NCBI GenBank assembly: GCA_040830765.1
Contig: JBFOMH010000034.1
Location: 1 to 39,706, forward strand
Source: Puniceicoccaceae bacterium
GTDB lineage: Bacteria > Verrucomicrobiota > Verrucomicrobiia > Opitutales > Oceanipulchritudinaceae
Direction: 5' to 3'
Length of the DNA: 39,706 bases
Shown: in pieces, positions 17,573 through 27,451 of the stretch
Layout of the letters: every line of letters starts with the position of its first letter
Numbering within the stretch: position 1 is the first letter of the stretch
Notes under the pieces: generated by a model
The model's input: only the letters and a program-made list of their open reading frames with translations
What the model was told of the DNA's origin: nothing
Databases searched by the model: none
Position numbers and translations under genes: made by a program

Positions 17573-18514
17573 ATGAAAAATCTCCTATCTATTGCCGCAC
17601 TATTCTCAGCGTTCGCCTGCTCGCTTTCAGCCCTGACCCTGGAATTGCAAAAGATCCAGAACGGTGAACCGCTTCCCTTCGGGTATCAAAACACCAATGA
17701 AGGCGCACCGGATTTTGCCCCTGTTGAGTATGATACGTCCTTGATAGTCCGCGTCTCCGAGCCCCCCTATGTCGACTACATGATTCCCCGCAACGACGGG
17801 ACCATCGGTATTCTGGCCCAGAAGTCCGGGGGAGAGTACATAGTCGGGTCCAACGCCGACGATCCGGGTGGGACGGCTTACGGGTCCAACCAGTGGCCGG
17901 ATCCGGACCGTTGGCATCCCGTCTTTGAATGGACCGATGGTACACCGTTCCCCTTTGGTTCGGATTACTGGGGGGTCTCCCATTCCGGGTGGAGCCGAAG
18001 CGATGAATCCAACCTCATCACCCGCATTGAGCTCGCCTCGACGGAGGAACTGACCATCTACCACTGGTTCAATGATGGTTGGGCCTATCAGGGCCCACGT
18101 GGTTCCAACCATGACACCCTCACTGGACACACCTTGACGGTCACCCAGTACACATCAGCTGGCGCTGAGGTCGCTTCCGAGAGTGTTTTGATTATGCAGG
18201 GCGGAGCCGAGGATTTCTTTGGTGATCACCGGATGTTCGCCACCTCGATCATCAAGGCCACGGCAACAGCCCCCGGTGACTTTCTCATCATTTCCAACTT
18301 TGGCGCGAATATCGGCTACAAGGGCACAGCCGTGGCCATCCTGGAAAGCGAAACCCCTGACTGGTACGGATACCCCGTGGATCCGGAAGGCTGGGCCGAT
18401 ACAACCCCATGGCTGGGTTGGGTCAATGTCACCTTTGATCCATATATCTGGGTGGTCAATTTGGGCAAATACATCTACATCGGGGATGATTCCGGCTGGG
18501 TGTATGTTCCCTGA
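17573..18514 (+). CDS. Secreted protein of unknown family (paralog 3 of 4) with a short Trp-rich tail
   Basis: 313 aa. Signal peptide ending SLSA-LTL, conserved core, tail TPDWYGYPVDPEGWADTTPWLGWVNVTFDPYIWVVNLGKYIYIGDDSGWVYVP. Confidence 0.88.
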   Translation: MKNLLSIAALFSAFACSLSALTLELQKIQNGEPLPFGYQNTNEGAPDFAPVEYDTSLIVRVSEPPYVDYMIPRNDGTIGILAQKSGGEYIVGSNADDPGGTAYGSNQWPDPDRWHPVFEWTDGTPFPFGSDYWGVSHSGWSRSDESNLITRIELASTEELTIYHWFNDGWAYQGPRGSNHDTLTGHTLTVTQYTSAGAEVASESVLIMQGGAEDFFGDHRMFATSIIKATATAPGDFLIISNFGANIGYKGTAVAILESETPDWYGYPVDPEGWADTTPWLGWVNVTFDPYIWVVNLGKYIYIGDDSGWVYVP

Positions 18515-18546
18515 TTCTTCGGATTGATTCATCAATCCCAAATGTA

Positions 18547-19494
18547 ATGATGAAGAGAATACTATCCGCTACGGCATGTTTAATAGCGTTTGCCGGCTCC
18601 CTATCAGCCCTTACCGTGGAAGTGCAGAAGATCCAGAATGGGCAGCCGCTACCTTTTGGTTACCAATTGACCAATGAAGGTGCGCCCGATTTTGATCCTG
18701 TCGAGTATGACACGTCCCTGATTTTATACGTTTCGGACCCTCCCTATGTCGACTACATGCTTCCCCGCAACGACGGGACTATTGGAATTCTTGCCAATAA
18801 GGTCGGGGGACAATTCATCGTCGAAACAAATGCTGAAGATCCGGGCGGGACCGCCTATGGGTCCAACCAATGGCCGGATCCGGATCGCTGGCATCCCGTC
18901 TTTGAATGGACGGACGGCACCCCGTTTCCCTTTGGCTCAGGCTACTGGGGTGTCTCCCACTCAGGTTGGGCATCCGATGATGAATCCCATCTGGTTACTC
19001 GGGTTAATCTCGCCTCCTTCGAAGAAGTGACGATCTACCACTGGTTCAACGATGGCTGGGCCTATCAGGGCCCGCGTGGCTCAAATCACATCTCCTTGAC
19101 GGGGATGAATTATACCATCACGCAGTATGCTGCAGATGGATCGGAGATCGCCTCGGAACTCTTTATCATTGAGCAGGGCGGCGCGGAGGACTTCTTCGGT
19201 GATCACCGGATGTTCGCCACCGGAATCATCAAGGCGACAGCAACAGCTCCGGGAGACTACCTCATCATCGAGAATCTTGGCGGCAGTGTCGGTTTCAAGG
19301 GGATGGCGGTGGCTATTCTTGAGAGCGAGACCCCCGATTGGCATGGCTACTCTGTGGATCCGGAAGGTTGGGCCGACACAACCCCATGGCTGGGTTGGGT
19401 GAATGTCACCTTTGACCCATGGATATGGGTGGTTAATTTGGGCAGCTACAATTATATCGGGGATAATTCCGGGTGGGTGTACGTTCCGAAGTGA
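18547..19494 (+). CDS. Secreted protein of unknown family (paralog 4 of 4) with a short Trp-rich tail
   Basis: 315 aa tandem near-copy of 17573..18514, starting 32 bp after it. Confidence 0.88.
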   Translation: MMKRILSATACLIAFAGSLSALTVEVQKIQNGQPLPFGYQLTNEGAPDFDPVEYDTSLILYVSDPPYVDYMLPRNDGTIGILANKVGGQFIVETNAEDPGGTAYGSNQWPDPDRWHPVFEWTDGTPFPFGSGYWGVSHSGWASDDESHLVTRVNLASFEEVTIYHWFNDGWAYQGPRGSNHISLTGMNYTITQYAADGSEIASELFIIEQGGAEDFFGDHRMFATGIIKATATAPGDYLIIENLGGSVGFKGMAVAILESETPDWHGYSVDPEGWADTTPWLGWVNVTFDPWIWVVNLGSYNYIGDNSGWVYVPK

Positions 19495-19622
19495 TCGCCT
19501 TTCCAGTATTCATAGAATGCCGTAAAATCATACCTTTGCACGGATTAATCGCCTGACTATCCACTGGGCCGCTTTTGCTGACAGGTGTTGAGTTGGAACC
19601 TTGAACTTTTGCAGCTGTCCTG

Positions 19623-19638
19623 ATTCGCCACAGCGAAG
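19623..19638. promoter_or_regulatory. Palindromic operator ATTCG-N6-CGAA
   Basis: ATTCG-CCACAG-CGAAG, starting 85 bp upstream of the TonB-receptor start. Confidence 0.7.
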
Positions 19639-19707
19639 AAAAGTGTTTCCTCCTGCCATTCTTCGATTTTCAATTATCAGGGAAAAGCGAATCCTGTTAA
19701 CTTAATC

Positions 19708-22011
19708 ATGAGCACGCTATTTACCTCCGCCCCAAGTTTATACGGTGTCCTAAAGCGAACAGCGCTTTTCCTTTGCGCATTTACCATGTCTTCCGCCGTC
19801 CACACGGTTGTTGCCCAGGATGACGATGCGGGAAACGAACCGGTCTTTGAGTTGTCACCGTTCGAGGTTGTAACTGATGAGCAGTATGGTTACCGGGCCA
19901 ATACCAGCGTTTCCGGTACAAGAACCGCCACCGCGGTGCGTCAATTGCCCTTCACCCTGCAGATCGTGACCGATGAACTGATTGACGACATGAATGTTCC
20001 CGATCTGGAGGACGTCCTCCTGTTTACGGCGGGTGTCCAGGAGAACAGGGAAAACGTGGGCAACTACGGCAGCTTCAACGTGCGGGGAATCCGGCAGCTC
20101 TACACCCTGCGCAACGGGTTCCGTCATTATGGTCCCAATGATGCCAGTACTCTTTCCCGCGTTGAAGTGGTCAAGGGACCGGCCGGACTTCTCTACGGGC
20201 AGGTCTTTCCGGGGGGCGTTGTCAATGCCGTGACCAAGAAGCCACTACAATTCAGCCAGCAAGTCCTGGAGGTACAGGCGGGCAGCTATGGGACTTACCG
20301 GGCCGTGGTGGACTCTACCGGACCATTGAACAAAAGCAAGAGCTTGAGTTACCGCTTGATCGGAACCTACGGGGAGATCGGCAGCTTTGTGGAGTTTTAT
20401 GAGAGGCGGGTCAAGAGCATCGTCCCGATGATCACCTTTGCCCCCACCAAGTGGCTCAAGTTGACCCTGGAGCTTGAGCACTATGAGAACCTTGAAGATG
20501 CCCCGCCCCCCGGCATGCTCGCCATCAATACGGATGAGCTGGCCGCGGCGATCGAGAATCCGGACGATCCATACGGGTTGGTTGATAACCCCAAAGCCGC
20601 CAACGCCAGTATCGCCAAGCCGGATACCTTCAATGGCATTGCCACCTGGCTGCCGCGAAGCTTCAATATCAACGGACCCGGAACCTACAGTGATTACACC
20701 AAGGAGAGCGCCACGCTGTACACGGACATCCGGTTCTCTGACAGCATCAGTTTCCGCTCGGCCCTGAATTACCTCGATTCCGAGAATGACCGCTACGGCA
20801 GCTTCGTTTCCGACACCTTGCGCACCGGGATCGACTTTGTCAGCCGGGCCAATTACGGCATCAACACGAACGTAGTCTTCACCAGTCAGAATGACTTTTT
20901 CTTCACTTTCGATACAGGACCCATTGCGCACAAACTTCTGGCGGGCGGTGAGTATTACAGGGATAAATTCACCAATTACAAGGATTCGGAAGTCAGGCGC
21001 TTTGCCCGCTTGCCGAGTCCCTACGATTTCATCACGCGCGGATGGGCATCCTACTTTCAGTATCTTGTCCCCATCCGTGACTTTGAGCGGAGCCCGCGTC
21101 CCGAGGAGCTGACTGGATTGGAATTCAACATAGGGGAGGAAACCACTGGACATGCCTATTACTTCGTCGACCAGCTGACCTTTTTCAATGAGAGGGCTCA
21201 CGTGGTCGCTGGCACCCGTTACGAATCCTATGAAACAAACTTCGGTGCGGATAGTGGGAAAAATTCCAACTGGACCTACCAGGGAGGGGCCATGTTCGAC
21301 CTTGTGGATTGGATTTCCATCTTTGCCAGCTACAGCGAAAGTTTCTACCGTAACGGGTTTCTCAAGGATAACTTCATTGATCCGGACCTGCGGGAGACAA
21401 TGGGCCCGCCGCAATTGGGTGACGGGATTGATATCGGCTTCAAGTGGGAAACCGCAGGAGGCCGCCTGGCCGGCACGATGTCCTATTTTGATCTGGCACA
21501 AACAAACATTCCTCTGGATGTCGTCATTGACGACGAAAATGTCCAGGTGCTGGCAGGGGAGCGTACCTCCACCGGTTTTGAATTTGATCTCCATTACGCA
21601 CCGGTTCCCCATTGGCAGGTGATATTCAACTACACTTACCTCGATGCCATCGATGTGGATTCAGGATCGGAAATGCCCAATGTTCCCACCCACCAAGCCA
21701 ACCTCTGGACGCGTTACGAATTTCTCGAGGGAAGGTTCGAGGGGGTGTTTCTCGGCGGTGGTGCGCGCTACCTCGGCGACCGCCCGGCGGGCAATGAAAC
21801 CAACCTTTTCAACCGGCCGAACTACGTCTTTGATGCCAAGGCCTACACCCATATCGATGTGTTCATGGGGAAGGAATTTGAGTTCAGCAACCACACCCTT
21901 CAGCTCCAGTTCAATATCACCAACCTGACAGACGAAAAGTACATCCGGGGCGGGCAACTGCTACCCAGCGAACCCCGGCGTTACCTGCTCTCCCTTAAGT
22001 CCACCTGGTAG
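19708..22011 (+). CDS. TonB-dependent outer membrane receptor
   Basis: 767 aa. Signal peptide, VFELSPFEV/GYRA..SVSGTRT start, plug motifs FNVRG and RVEVVKGPAGLLYG...GGVVNAVTKKP, C-terminal NITNLTDEKY and a terminal aromatic residue (LKSTW). Confidence 0.93.
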   Translation: MSTLFTSAPSLYGVLKRTALFLCAFTMSSAVHTVVAQDDDAGNEPVFELSPFEVVTDEQYGYRANTSVSGTRTATAVRQLPFTLQIVTDELIDDMNVPDLEDVLLFTAGVQENRENVGNYGSFNVRGIRQLYTLRNGFRHYGPNDASTLSRVEVVKGPAGLLYGQVFPGGVVNAVTKKPLQFSQQVLEVQAGSYGTYRAVVDSTGPLNKSKSLSYRLIGTYGEIGSFVEFYERRVKSIVPMITFAPTKWLKLTLELEHYENLEDAPPPGMLAINTDELAAAIENPDDPYGLVDNPKAANASIAKPDTFNGIATWLPRSFNINGPGTYSDYTKESATLYTDIRFSDSISFRSALNYLDSENDRYGSFVSDTLRTGIDFVSRANYGINTNVVFTSQNDFFFTFDTGPIAHKLLAGGEYYRDKFTNYKDSEVRRFARLPSPYDFITRGWASYFQYLVPIRDFERSPRPEELTGLEFNIGEETTGHAYYFVDQLTFFNERAHVVAGTRYESYETNFGADSGKNSNWTYQGGAMFDLVDWISIFASYSESFYRNGFLKDNFIDPDLRETMGPPQLGDGIDIGFKWETAGGRLAGTMSYFDLAQTNIPLDVVIDDENVQVLAGERTSTGFEFDLHYAPVPHWQVIFNYTYLDAIDVDSGSEMPNVPTHQANLWTRYEFLEGRFEGVFLGGGARYLGDRPAGNETNLFNRPNYVFDAKAYTHIDVFMGKEFEFSNHTLQLQFNITNLTDEKYIRGGQLLPSEPRRYLLSLKSTW

Positions 22012-22025
22012 GCACAAGAGGATCT

Positions 22026-23762
22026 TCAGTCGAGGATTTCCGAAGAACGGGGCAGGATTTCCCGGAGCTTTCCCTGTGCGAGGCCGGCCTCTTCCGGCTT
22101 GTCGAGGTTGTCACACAGTTCCATCCAGAAGTGGAGAAAGCCGCTATCGTGCGGATATGCGTGAACCTGCTCCCTGAGGAACTGATAGGCTTCCTCTTCC
22201 TTTTCAAAGCTGGCCAGAAAGCGGGCAAACTTCAGCCGTATTCGGTTATCTCCCGGTCTTACCCGGAGCGCATCGAGGTACGTCCGGGTTATGGATTCCT
22301 TGGTATCAGCACGGGAGATCATCTCATGCAACTGGGTTCTCAGGGCATCCATCCAGGCAGTCATCCGACCGTAACCTGTCAAGTTGGTGAACGGGGGTCG
22401 TTCGAAGCGGCGCTTCATATTCTCAAGGATTTTCCAGACTTCAAATGGCGTATATCCCAACGCCTGCGCAGCCGTATGCCACTGAAGGCTATCAAGTTGC
22501 CCTGTGTCGATCTCAAAGGACTCCTGCAGCGCCTCCGCGAAGGCCCGTGCAATTAGAAAATTGGCCCGAAATGAAAAGTGGACGTGTTCCAGGAAATGGG
22601 GAAACCCCAAGGCACCTGATGGGTGGTCCTGTTCAAGTGCTTTAATGGAATCCACGGGAATCCAATGTCCCTTCGGGTCGTGCCACAGCTCTTCAATGAT
22701 TGCCTGCAGCCGGGAATCCGCCCGGAACCGGAGTTGGTCCAGATCCCTAGCAAGTGACAAGAATTTTTCAGCGACATCCCTTCGCCCGTTTTCCCAGAGA
22801 ATCCGCCCGGCGATCCAGTTGGCATAAGCCGATTCCGGATTCGCTTCTGCCACGGCGATCCAGGCTTCAGCGGGCCAGGTTGAGGTCCCGGACTCGAGAT
22901 AGCTGCGAATGGCCACACGGAGCTCCGAAGGAGTGTCATCCATGGGACCACTGAAGGGTGGTTGGTCCAGAAGGTTCACCGGCACATTGGAGAGGATAAC
23001 GGGAATCCCCATGCGAGCACACATGTCGTGGATATCGAGCAGATTGTCCTCATACTGTGAATACATGGATTCCAGTTCCGGGGCGTCCCGGGAGAACTGC
23101 TGCTGCAGGAACGCTTCCATGCCAGTCCACGATTCGCTGCCCTCCTTTTTTCCAATGGACTCCCGTAGACCCTGCGCCAGCTGCCCGATTTTAGTCTTCT
23201 TGAGCCCGACCTGGATATCCCGCATCTGCAGTGAGGGGACGGGAGCATTCAAGACCGTCGCCGGCCCGTAGGGCCCAATGACCTCGTTGTTTCCAACCAG
23301 GACCAATACGGCATCGGGTTCGTAACGGGCCAGCTGGTTGACAACCTCCCGGGCAACATGGGAATTGCAGGCAGTATAGGCCAGGTTGACAACGTTCCAC
23401 GCATGCTGGGGGGCGGCCTGGCCAAGGATCCATTCAAGATTGCGGGCTATGGAAAAGTCCGGGTCCGGATCGCCCATGACGGCGGAGCCTCCGACAATGA
23501 ACAGGCGTTTTTCGCGGGCGCCTTTTTTCATTGGGAATGCATCAGGCGCGGGCATCCGCTTCATGGAATCGGGGAAGTACAGGCGGGTGAAATCAGGATT
23601 ACTTGTCCAGTGAGGTTCGCCCCCGATTGAGGTCCTGACCAGCGGTCGTGTGTCGTAACCATACCCGGCCAGCCTCAAGCCACCCTCGAGCAGCAGCAGA
23701 AATACCGGTACCGGGAGAATGGCGACGATGCTGATGAAGAGTATCCGCTTGCCGGTTTGCAT
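22026..23762 (-). CDS. Membrane-anchored SGNH-hydrolase-like protein with TPR-like helical repeats
   Basis: N-terminal TM segment (LLLLEGGLRLAGYG), SGNH-like blocks VGGSAVMG, VVNLA, VGNNE and FLEHVHF, and TPR-like segments (AEANPESAYANWIAGRIL; ALRVRPGDNRIRLKFARFL). Start placed at ATG 23762. Confidence 0.7.
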   Translation of the reverse strand: MQTGKRILFISIVAILPVPVFLLLLEGGLRLAGYGYDTRPLVRTSIGGEPHWTSNPDFTRLYFPDSMKRMPAPDAFPMKKGAREKRLFIVGGSAVMGDPDPDFSIARNLEWILGQAAPQHAWNVVNLAYTACNSHVAREVVNQLARYEPDAVLVLVGNNEVIGPYGPATVLNAPVPSLQMRDIQVGLKKTKIGQLAQGLRESIGKKEGSESWTGMEAFLQQQFSRDAPELESMYSQYEDNLLDIHDMCARMGIPVILSNVPVNLLDQPPFSGPMDDTPSELRVAIRSYLESGTSTWPAEAWIAVAEANPESAYANWIAGRILWENGRRDVAEKFLSLARDLDQLRFRADSRLQAIIEELWHDPKGHWIPVDSIKALEQDHPSGALGFPHFLEHVHFSFRANFLIARAFAEALQESFEIDTGQLDSLQWHTAAQALGYTPFEVWKILENMKRRFERPPFTNLTGYGRMTAWMDALRTQLHEMISRADTKESITRTYLDALRVRPGDNRIRLKFARFLASFEKEEEAYQFLREQVHAYPHDSGFLHFWMELCDNLDKPEEAGLAQGKLREILPRSSEILD

Positions 23763-23848
23763 TGGTGTCAGGTAACCAGCCCCGGAAAACCCCTTCAAGC
23801 CCGATCTCGGTGGCGGTCCGGTTTTCGGCCCGCGGTTGCATCCGCTTC

Positions 23849-24961
23849 CTAGAGCGAATGGCAGAGCTTTTTTCGGAGGTCGATATAGTAGCGCAGGTTA
23901 TCAATCGGGATCTGATGGGTTAATCCGCCCCCCACATTGACCACAAAACCGGGAACCTCCTTGCCCACCAGTAGGCAATGCTCCACTTCCCGGGTGATCT
24001 TATCCTTCGGTCCTTCAGCGATGGTCGCGTTGTTGATATTGCCAACGAGGATCTTGTCCGGATGCCGGTTGGCGAGTGTTTCCAGATCGACGAGGTATTC
24101 GAAATTCAGCCCGTCTGCTCCAGCCGCGATTATGTCATCCACGAATTTGGAACAATTCCCATCCGAGGTAAAAATGATCGGGATCCCTTTCTCCTTCAGT
24201 GGGGCAAATATATCCGGATAGAACGGGAATACATGCTTGTGGTACCAGTCGGGATGGAAAATCGGGCCGGCTGTCATTGTCAGGTCATCGTGCAGGATAA
24301 GCCCTTCCAGCCCTTCCACCCGGGACCATGCGGTTGTTATGCGGCGGGAAACTTCCGCAAACCGTTCCATCAGACAGTGAAAGTCCTCTTGCTCCATGCC
24401 GGCCTCACAAAGCAGTTCGAATCCAAAGATAGCCAGCGGCCAGTGGAAGCAGGTTGTGTAGTGGTGGGGAATGGGATAGGTCACCTCGCTGGTCGAATCC
24501 AGCATTTGCTGGTACTCTGCCTGGAATTCTTCCACATATTCATCCACTGTTTTTGGGAAGTACTTCAGGGGATCGAACTCCAATGCCTCGTCGATGTCTT
24601 TGGGAAGGGGAATATGGAGGAAGTGGCGCCCATCATCCTGTGCCGTGACATGAAAGATGCCCCACTGGACAACGGGATGGCCTTCCCGGCTCGTCTTGAC
24701 CGACTGGCCGTCGCTCCAGTCGTGGGTCTCATCCTTCTCGGGAACCGGTAGCCCCACACCCCAATTCAGATCGACATCGAGCAGCTCACCCAGCTGGAGG
24801 TAGGTCTCGTTCATGCGGTCCGTTTCAAGGAGCGGATCCGTACCCGTTAAGGCCTTCACCGCTTCCCGCGACAGGCCGCGATAATGCTCCATTACAGGGA
24901 TCTTCTCTCCCGCTTTCCGTCCCCGGTTCCGGAGGAACTCGATTCCGTATGCTTTCGACAT
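23849..24961 (-). CDS. Uroporphyrinogen decarboxylase (UroD/MtaA/CmuA) superfamily protein
   Basis: LILHDDL...GPIFHPDWY..HVFP.Y, FTSDGN, AGADGLNFE, ILVGNI and GFVVNVGGGL...IPIDNL motifs. Start placed at ATG 24961 (MSKAYG); the longer track ORF overlaps the AraC gene. Confidence 0.82.
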   Translation of the reverse strand: MSKAYGIEFLRNRGRKAGEKIPVMEHYRGLSREAVKALTGTDPLLETDRMNETYLQLGELLDVDLNWGVGLPVPEKDETHDWSDGQSVKTSREGHPVVQWGIFHVTAQDDGRHFLHIPLPKDIDEALEFDPLKYFPKTVDEYVEEFQAEYQQMLDSTSEVTYPIPHHYTTCFHWPLAIFGFELLCEAGMEQEDFHCLMERFAEVSRRITTAWSRVEGLEGLILHDDLTMTAGPIFHPDWYHKHVFPFYPDIFAPLKEKGIPIIFTSDGNCSKFVDDIIAAGADGLNFEYLVDLETLANRHPDKILVGNINNATIAEGPKDKITREVEHCLLVGKEVPGFVVNVGGGLTHQIPIDNLRYYIDLRKKLCHSL

Positions 24962-25043
24962 AATCCGCAAGCATTGCCTCGCCCCTATATGAATAGCGAG
25001 CCTCTGCTTGTATCCGCGCCTGACAAAATTGTGTCTGATTCCG

Positions 25044-25895
25044 TTACTGGCCCCGGTTCCGGATGCGGTTCCTGAAAGCTGCCGGCGGCTCATTGATAAC
25101 GGCCTTGAAGACACGGCTGAGGTGATGCCGGTTGGCAAAGCAAAGGTCATCCGCGATGGCCTCGATGGTGTCATCGGTGTAGGCGAGGCGCCGTGCGGCT
25201 TCATGGATGCGGGCCTTGCGGATGAAGTCGCTCGGGCTTTGCTTCAGGTGCTTGCGGAAGAGGTGGGAAAGGTGTTCCGGGCTGTATCCGACCTTTCGGG
25301 CCAGCTCCTTCACGGAGAGAGGTTCGTGAAGGTGTTCATTGATAATGTGAAAAGCGTTCTGGAACTGGGGCGGAATCGGGGAGACCGCGGATAACTTCAG
25401 GCCGCTGAAGAGCAAATGGAGAAGGGCTTTCACGAGATGGATGCCCGGATTGGGAAAGGAGGAACGGGCTAGGAGCTTCCACAGCTTCTCGGCCAGCTCC
25501 CGGCTGGCGGAGTCCCCGGTATTGACAACCGGCCGCTTGAAGCCTTCGAGCCAGGGAGGCTGGATACTGAAATGAATCCACAGGTGCTCGACCGAACCAC
25601 TGGAGGCGCAATGGAAATTGTATTCAGCGGGAATGAGCAGGAAGCCGTTCTCTGGAACCCGGTAGGTCCTGCGGTCATTCTTGATGAACATGTCCCCGTG
25701 CCGGGCATAATAGAGGCGGCAGAACGGACTGAATACGTGATCGTAGGCCCAGGGGATACCATCCTGCAGGGCGCCAGCACTCAAGGGAATAGCCCGGATG
25801 TCTAGTCCCGGACCCGTGGTCTCTTCAAAATTTATGCCATCTCCGGTAAAGGCAGACAAGTAATCGGCTGGGTTATGGAGAGGGAATTCAGACAT
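25044..25895 (-). CDS. AraC family transcriptional regulator
   Basis: Cupin-like N-terminal domain (RLYYARHG...EHLWIHF) and double HTH (LSVKELARKVGYSPEHLSHLFRK...RIHEAARRL...IEAIADDLCFANRHHLSRVFK...PPAAFR). Start placed at ATG 25895. Confidence 0.9.
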   Translation of the reverse strand: MSEFPLHNPADYLSAFTGDGINFEETTGPGLDIRAIPLSAGALQDGIPWAYDHVFSPFCRLYYARHGDMFIKNDRRTYRVPENGFLLIPAEYNFHCASSGSVEHLWIHFSIQPPWLEGFKRPVVNTGDSASRELAEKLWKLLARSSFPNPGIHLVKALLHLLFSGLKLSAVSPIPPQFQNAFHIINEHLHEPLSVKELARKVGYSPEHLSHLFRKHLKQSPSDFIRKARIHEAARRLAYTDDTIEAIADDLCFANRHHLSRVFKAVINEPPAAFRNRIRNRGQ

Positions 25896-25973
25896 GCGTT
25901 CGATATGGATTATTTGAATAATTATCTTAGATTGAGATACAGACAAGAATAACTTGATGCGGTATTTTGTGGT

Positions 25974-27437
25974 ATGTCTGCACAAATCGACTCTCTCTCC
26001 GAGGCGGGCGGAATTGACCTCCAGGTCACTACCGAAACGCGCAAAATTCCTGAAATCGTCAACCGCCTGAATGACTGGCAGTACCTTGAGCGGAGTATCC
26101 ACCGGATCCTCGCCGGATGGGGACGACACCAGTGTTCATGGGATGACAAGGTCGCCCTGCACCGCCATGTGTGGGATCAGGCCGAAGTGGTGCGGCGCCT
26201 CCGGGAGCGTATTGGTGAGTTTCCCGGGGGCAAACCGGATGCACCGGTATCTCCGGAGTTGATGAAGGTGAGCAACGCGGTCCTCTTTGCCCCGTCATTC
26301 GAGGACGCGCTGGATGGGGTCTATCATCTTCTCCTTCAGGCCCTGATTCGTGCATACGTTGCTTATGTCCAGAATGCCCATCCCGTGCATGATGCACCCA
26401 CCATATCCCTGTTGCATGAAATCAATACCATCAAGGAGCAGCATTTCTTCTGGTACCGTGAATACAGGCGGAAGAATCCCCACACGACGGAGAGCAGCTA
26501 CAAGCAAGCCATCCTCGAGGCCATCGAGAGCGCGGGGGGATTCCAGCAGGCGATCCCTTTCAAGGGAAAGGACGGCGCAAGGCCGTGCGGGGTGGACAGT
26601 GATTTCCGGACACCCAAGTACAGCGGCCGTCCGGCAAACTGGAGATGCGAGCACGACATCACGCCGTTTATCCGGGTGAACTTCGAGACCGACATGGAGA
26701 CCCGGCGATTGTATTGGGCGATGGGCTACATGCGGGAGATGAACCTGCCGGATGATCAATTGAACTGGCTATTCTGGGGCCACTACATGCCGTGGGACTG
26801 GCATCATGATATTTCCCGTCATCTCTGGGATGAGTCCCGCCACGGTCATTCCGGCTATTCCCGTCTGAAGGACTGGGGGCTGGACCTTGAGGATGTTGGC
26901 TTCACGCCTTACAACAATGAGGCCATCATCGATGCCTACGTTGAGAACAATCGGGAGGATGGTAAGCCTGATACGCTGGTCAGCCAACCCGATCTGGATT
27001 TCACCTTGATGGACGAGCCCATGAGCCCGAAGGACCTTTATGAGGCGGTGTTCTTCATCGGCATGGTCGCGGAGAATGGTCACTTCATCGTCAAGAATGA
27101 AGGCTATGAGGATTTCCGCGACGCGGAGGACCTGGAGTCCGCGGAAATGATGCTCTTTGACATCATTGATGAGACAACCCATGTCCAATACGCGCACCGT
27201 TGGCTTCCCGAGCTGGCCAGGCATGCGGGAATTTCCAACGAGGGGTATCGCGAGCGGGCCTCCCGTGTCCGCAAGGAACTGGAAGCCGATGAGCAGAAGC
27301 TTGCCGAGGAGGACAAGGCGCTCCTGGTTCCCGGAAATCCGGCCTACGAGCACTATCTTTCCCTGCTTGAGCGCATCCGTGAGGTTGCTCCGTTAAAGGG
27401 GGATATGTCCCGGATGCGGTCCGCTAAGCCGATGTAG
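25974..27437 (+). CDS. Ferritin-like (DUF455-like) di-iron protein with two four-helix-bundle domains
   Basis: C-terminal half carries an E...ExxH...E...ExxH ligand set (MRE; WDESRH; VAENG; IDETTH). N-terminal half looks like a degenerate copy (YLERS; HVWDQAE). Confidence 0.7.
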   Translation: MSAQIDSLSEAGGIDLQVTTETRKIPEIVNRLNDWQYLERSIHRILAGWGRHQCSWDDKVALHRHVWDQAEVVRRLRERIGEFPGGKPDAPVSPELMKVSNAVLFAPSFEDALDGVYHLLLQALIRAYVAYVQNAHPVHDAPTISLLHEINTIKEQHFFWYREYRRKNPHTTESSYKQAILEAIESAGGFQQAIPFKGKDGARPCGVDSDFRTPKYSGRPANWRCEHDITPFIRVNFETDMETRRLYWAMGYMREMNLPDDQLNWLFWGHYMPWDWHHDISRHLWDESRHGHSGYSRLKDWGLDLEDVGFTPYNNEAIIDAYVENNREDGKPDTLVSQPDLDFTLMDEPMSPKDLYEAVFFIGMVAENGHFIVKNEGYEDFRDAEDLESAEMMLFDIIDETTHVQYAHRWLPELARHAGISNEGYRERASRVRKELEADEQKLAEEDKALLVPGNPAYEHYLSLLERIREVAPLKGDMSRMRSAKPM

Positions 27438-27451
27438 GGCAGGGGAAGGCC

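Noticed and set aside
18521..18538. GGATTGAT-tc-ATCAATCC inverted repeat between paralogs 3 and 4
   Set aside because: AT-rich stem, tiny loop, no U-tract and a single occurrence; no function can be supported.
16525..19494. Paralog array as a diversity-generating retroelement or phase-variable cassette system
   Set aside because: No reverse transcriptase or recombinase in the window, differences are not adenine-specific, and each copy is a complete gene with its own signal peptide.
24962..25204. N-terminal extension of the UroD-family ORF in the track
   Set aside because: It overlaps the AraC 3' end in another frame and is low-complexity; ATG 24961 gives a normal-length protein.
25896..26129. 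N-terminal extension of the AraC ORF overlapping the divergent ferritin-like gene
   Set aside because: ATG 25895 gives a typical ~283 aa AraC and leaves an AT-rich divergent promoter gap.
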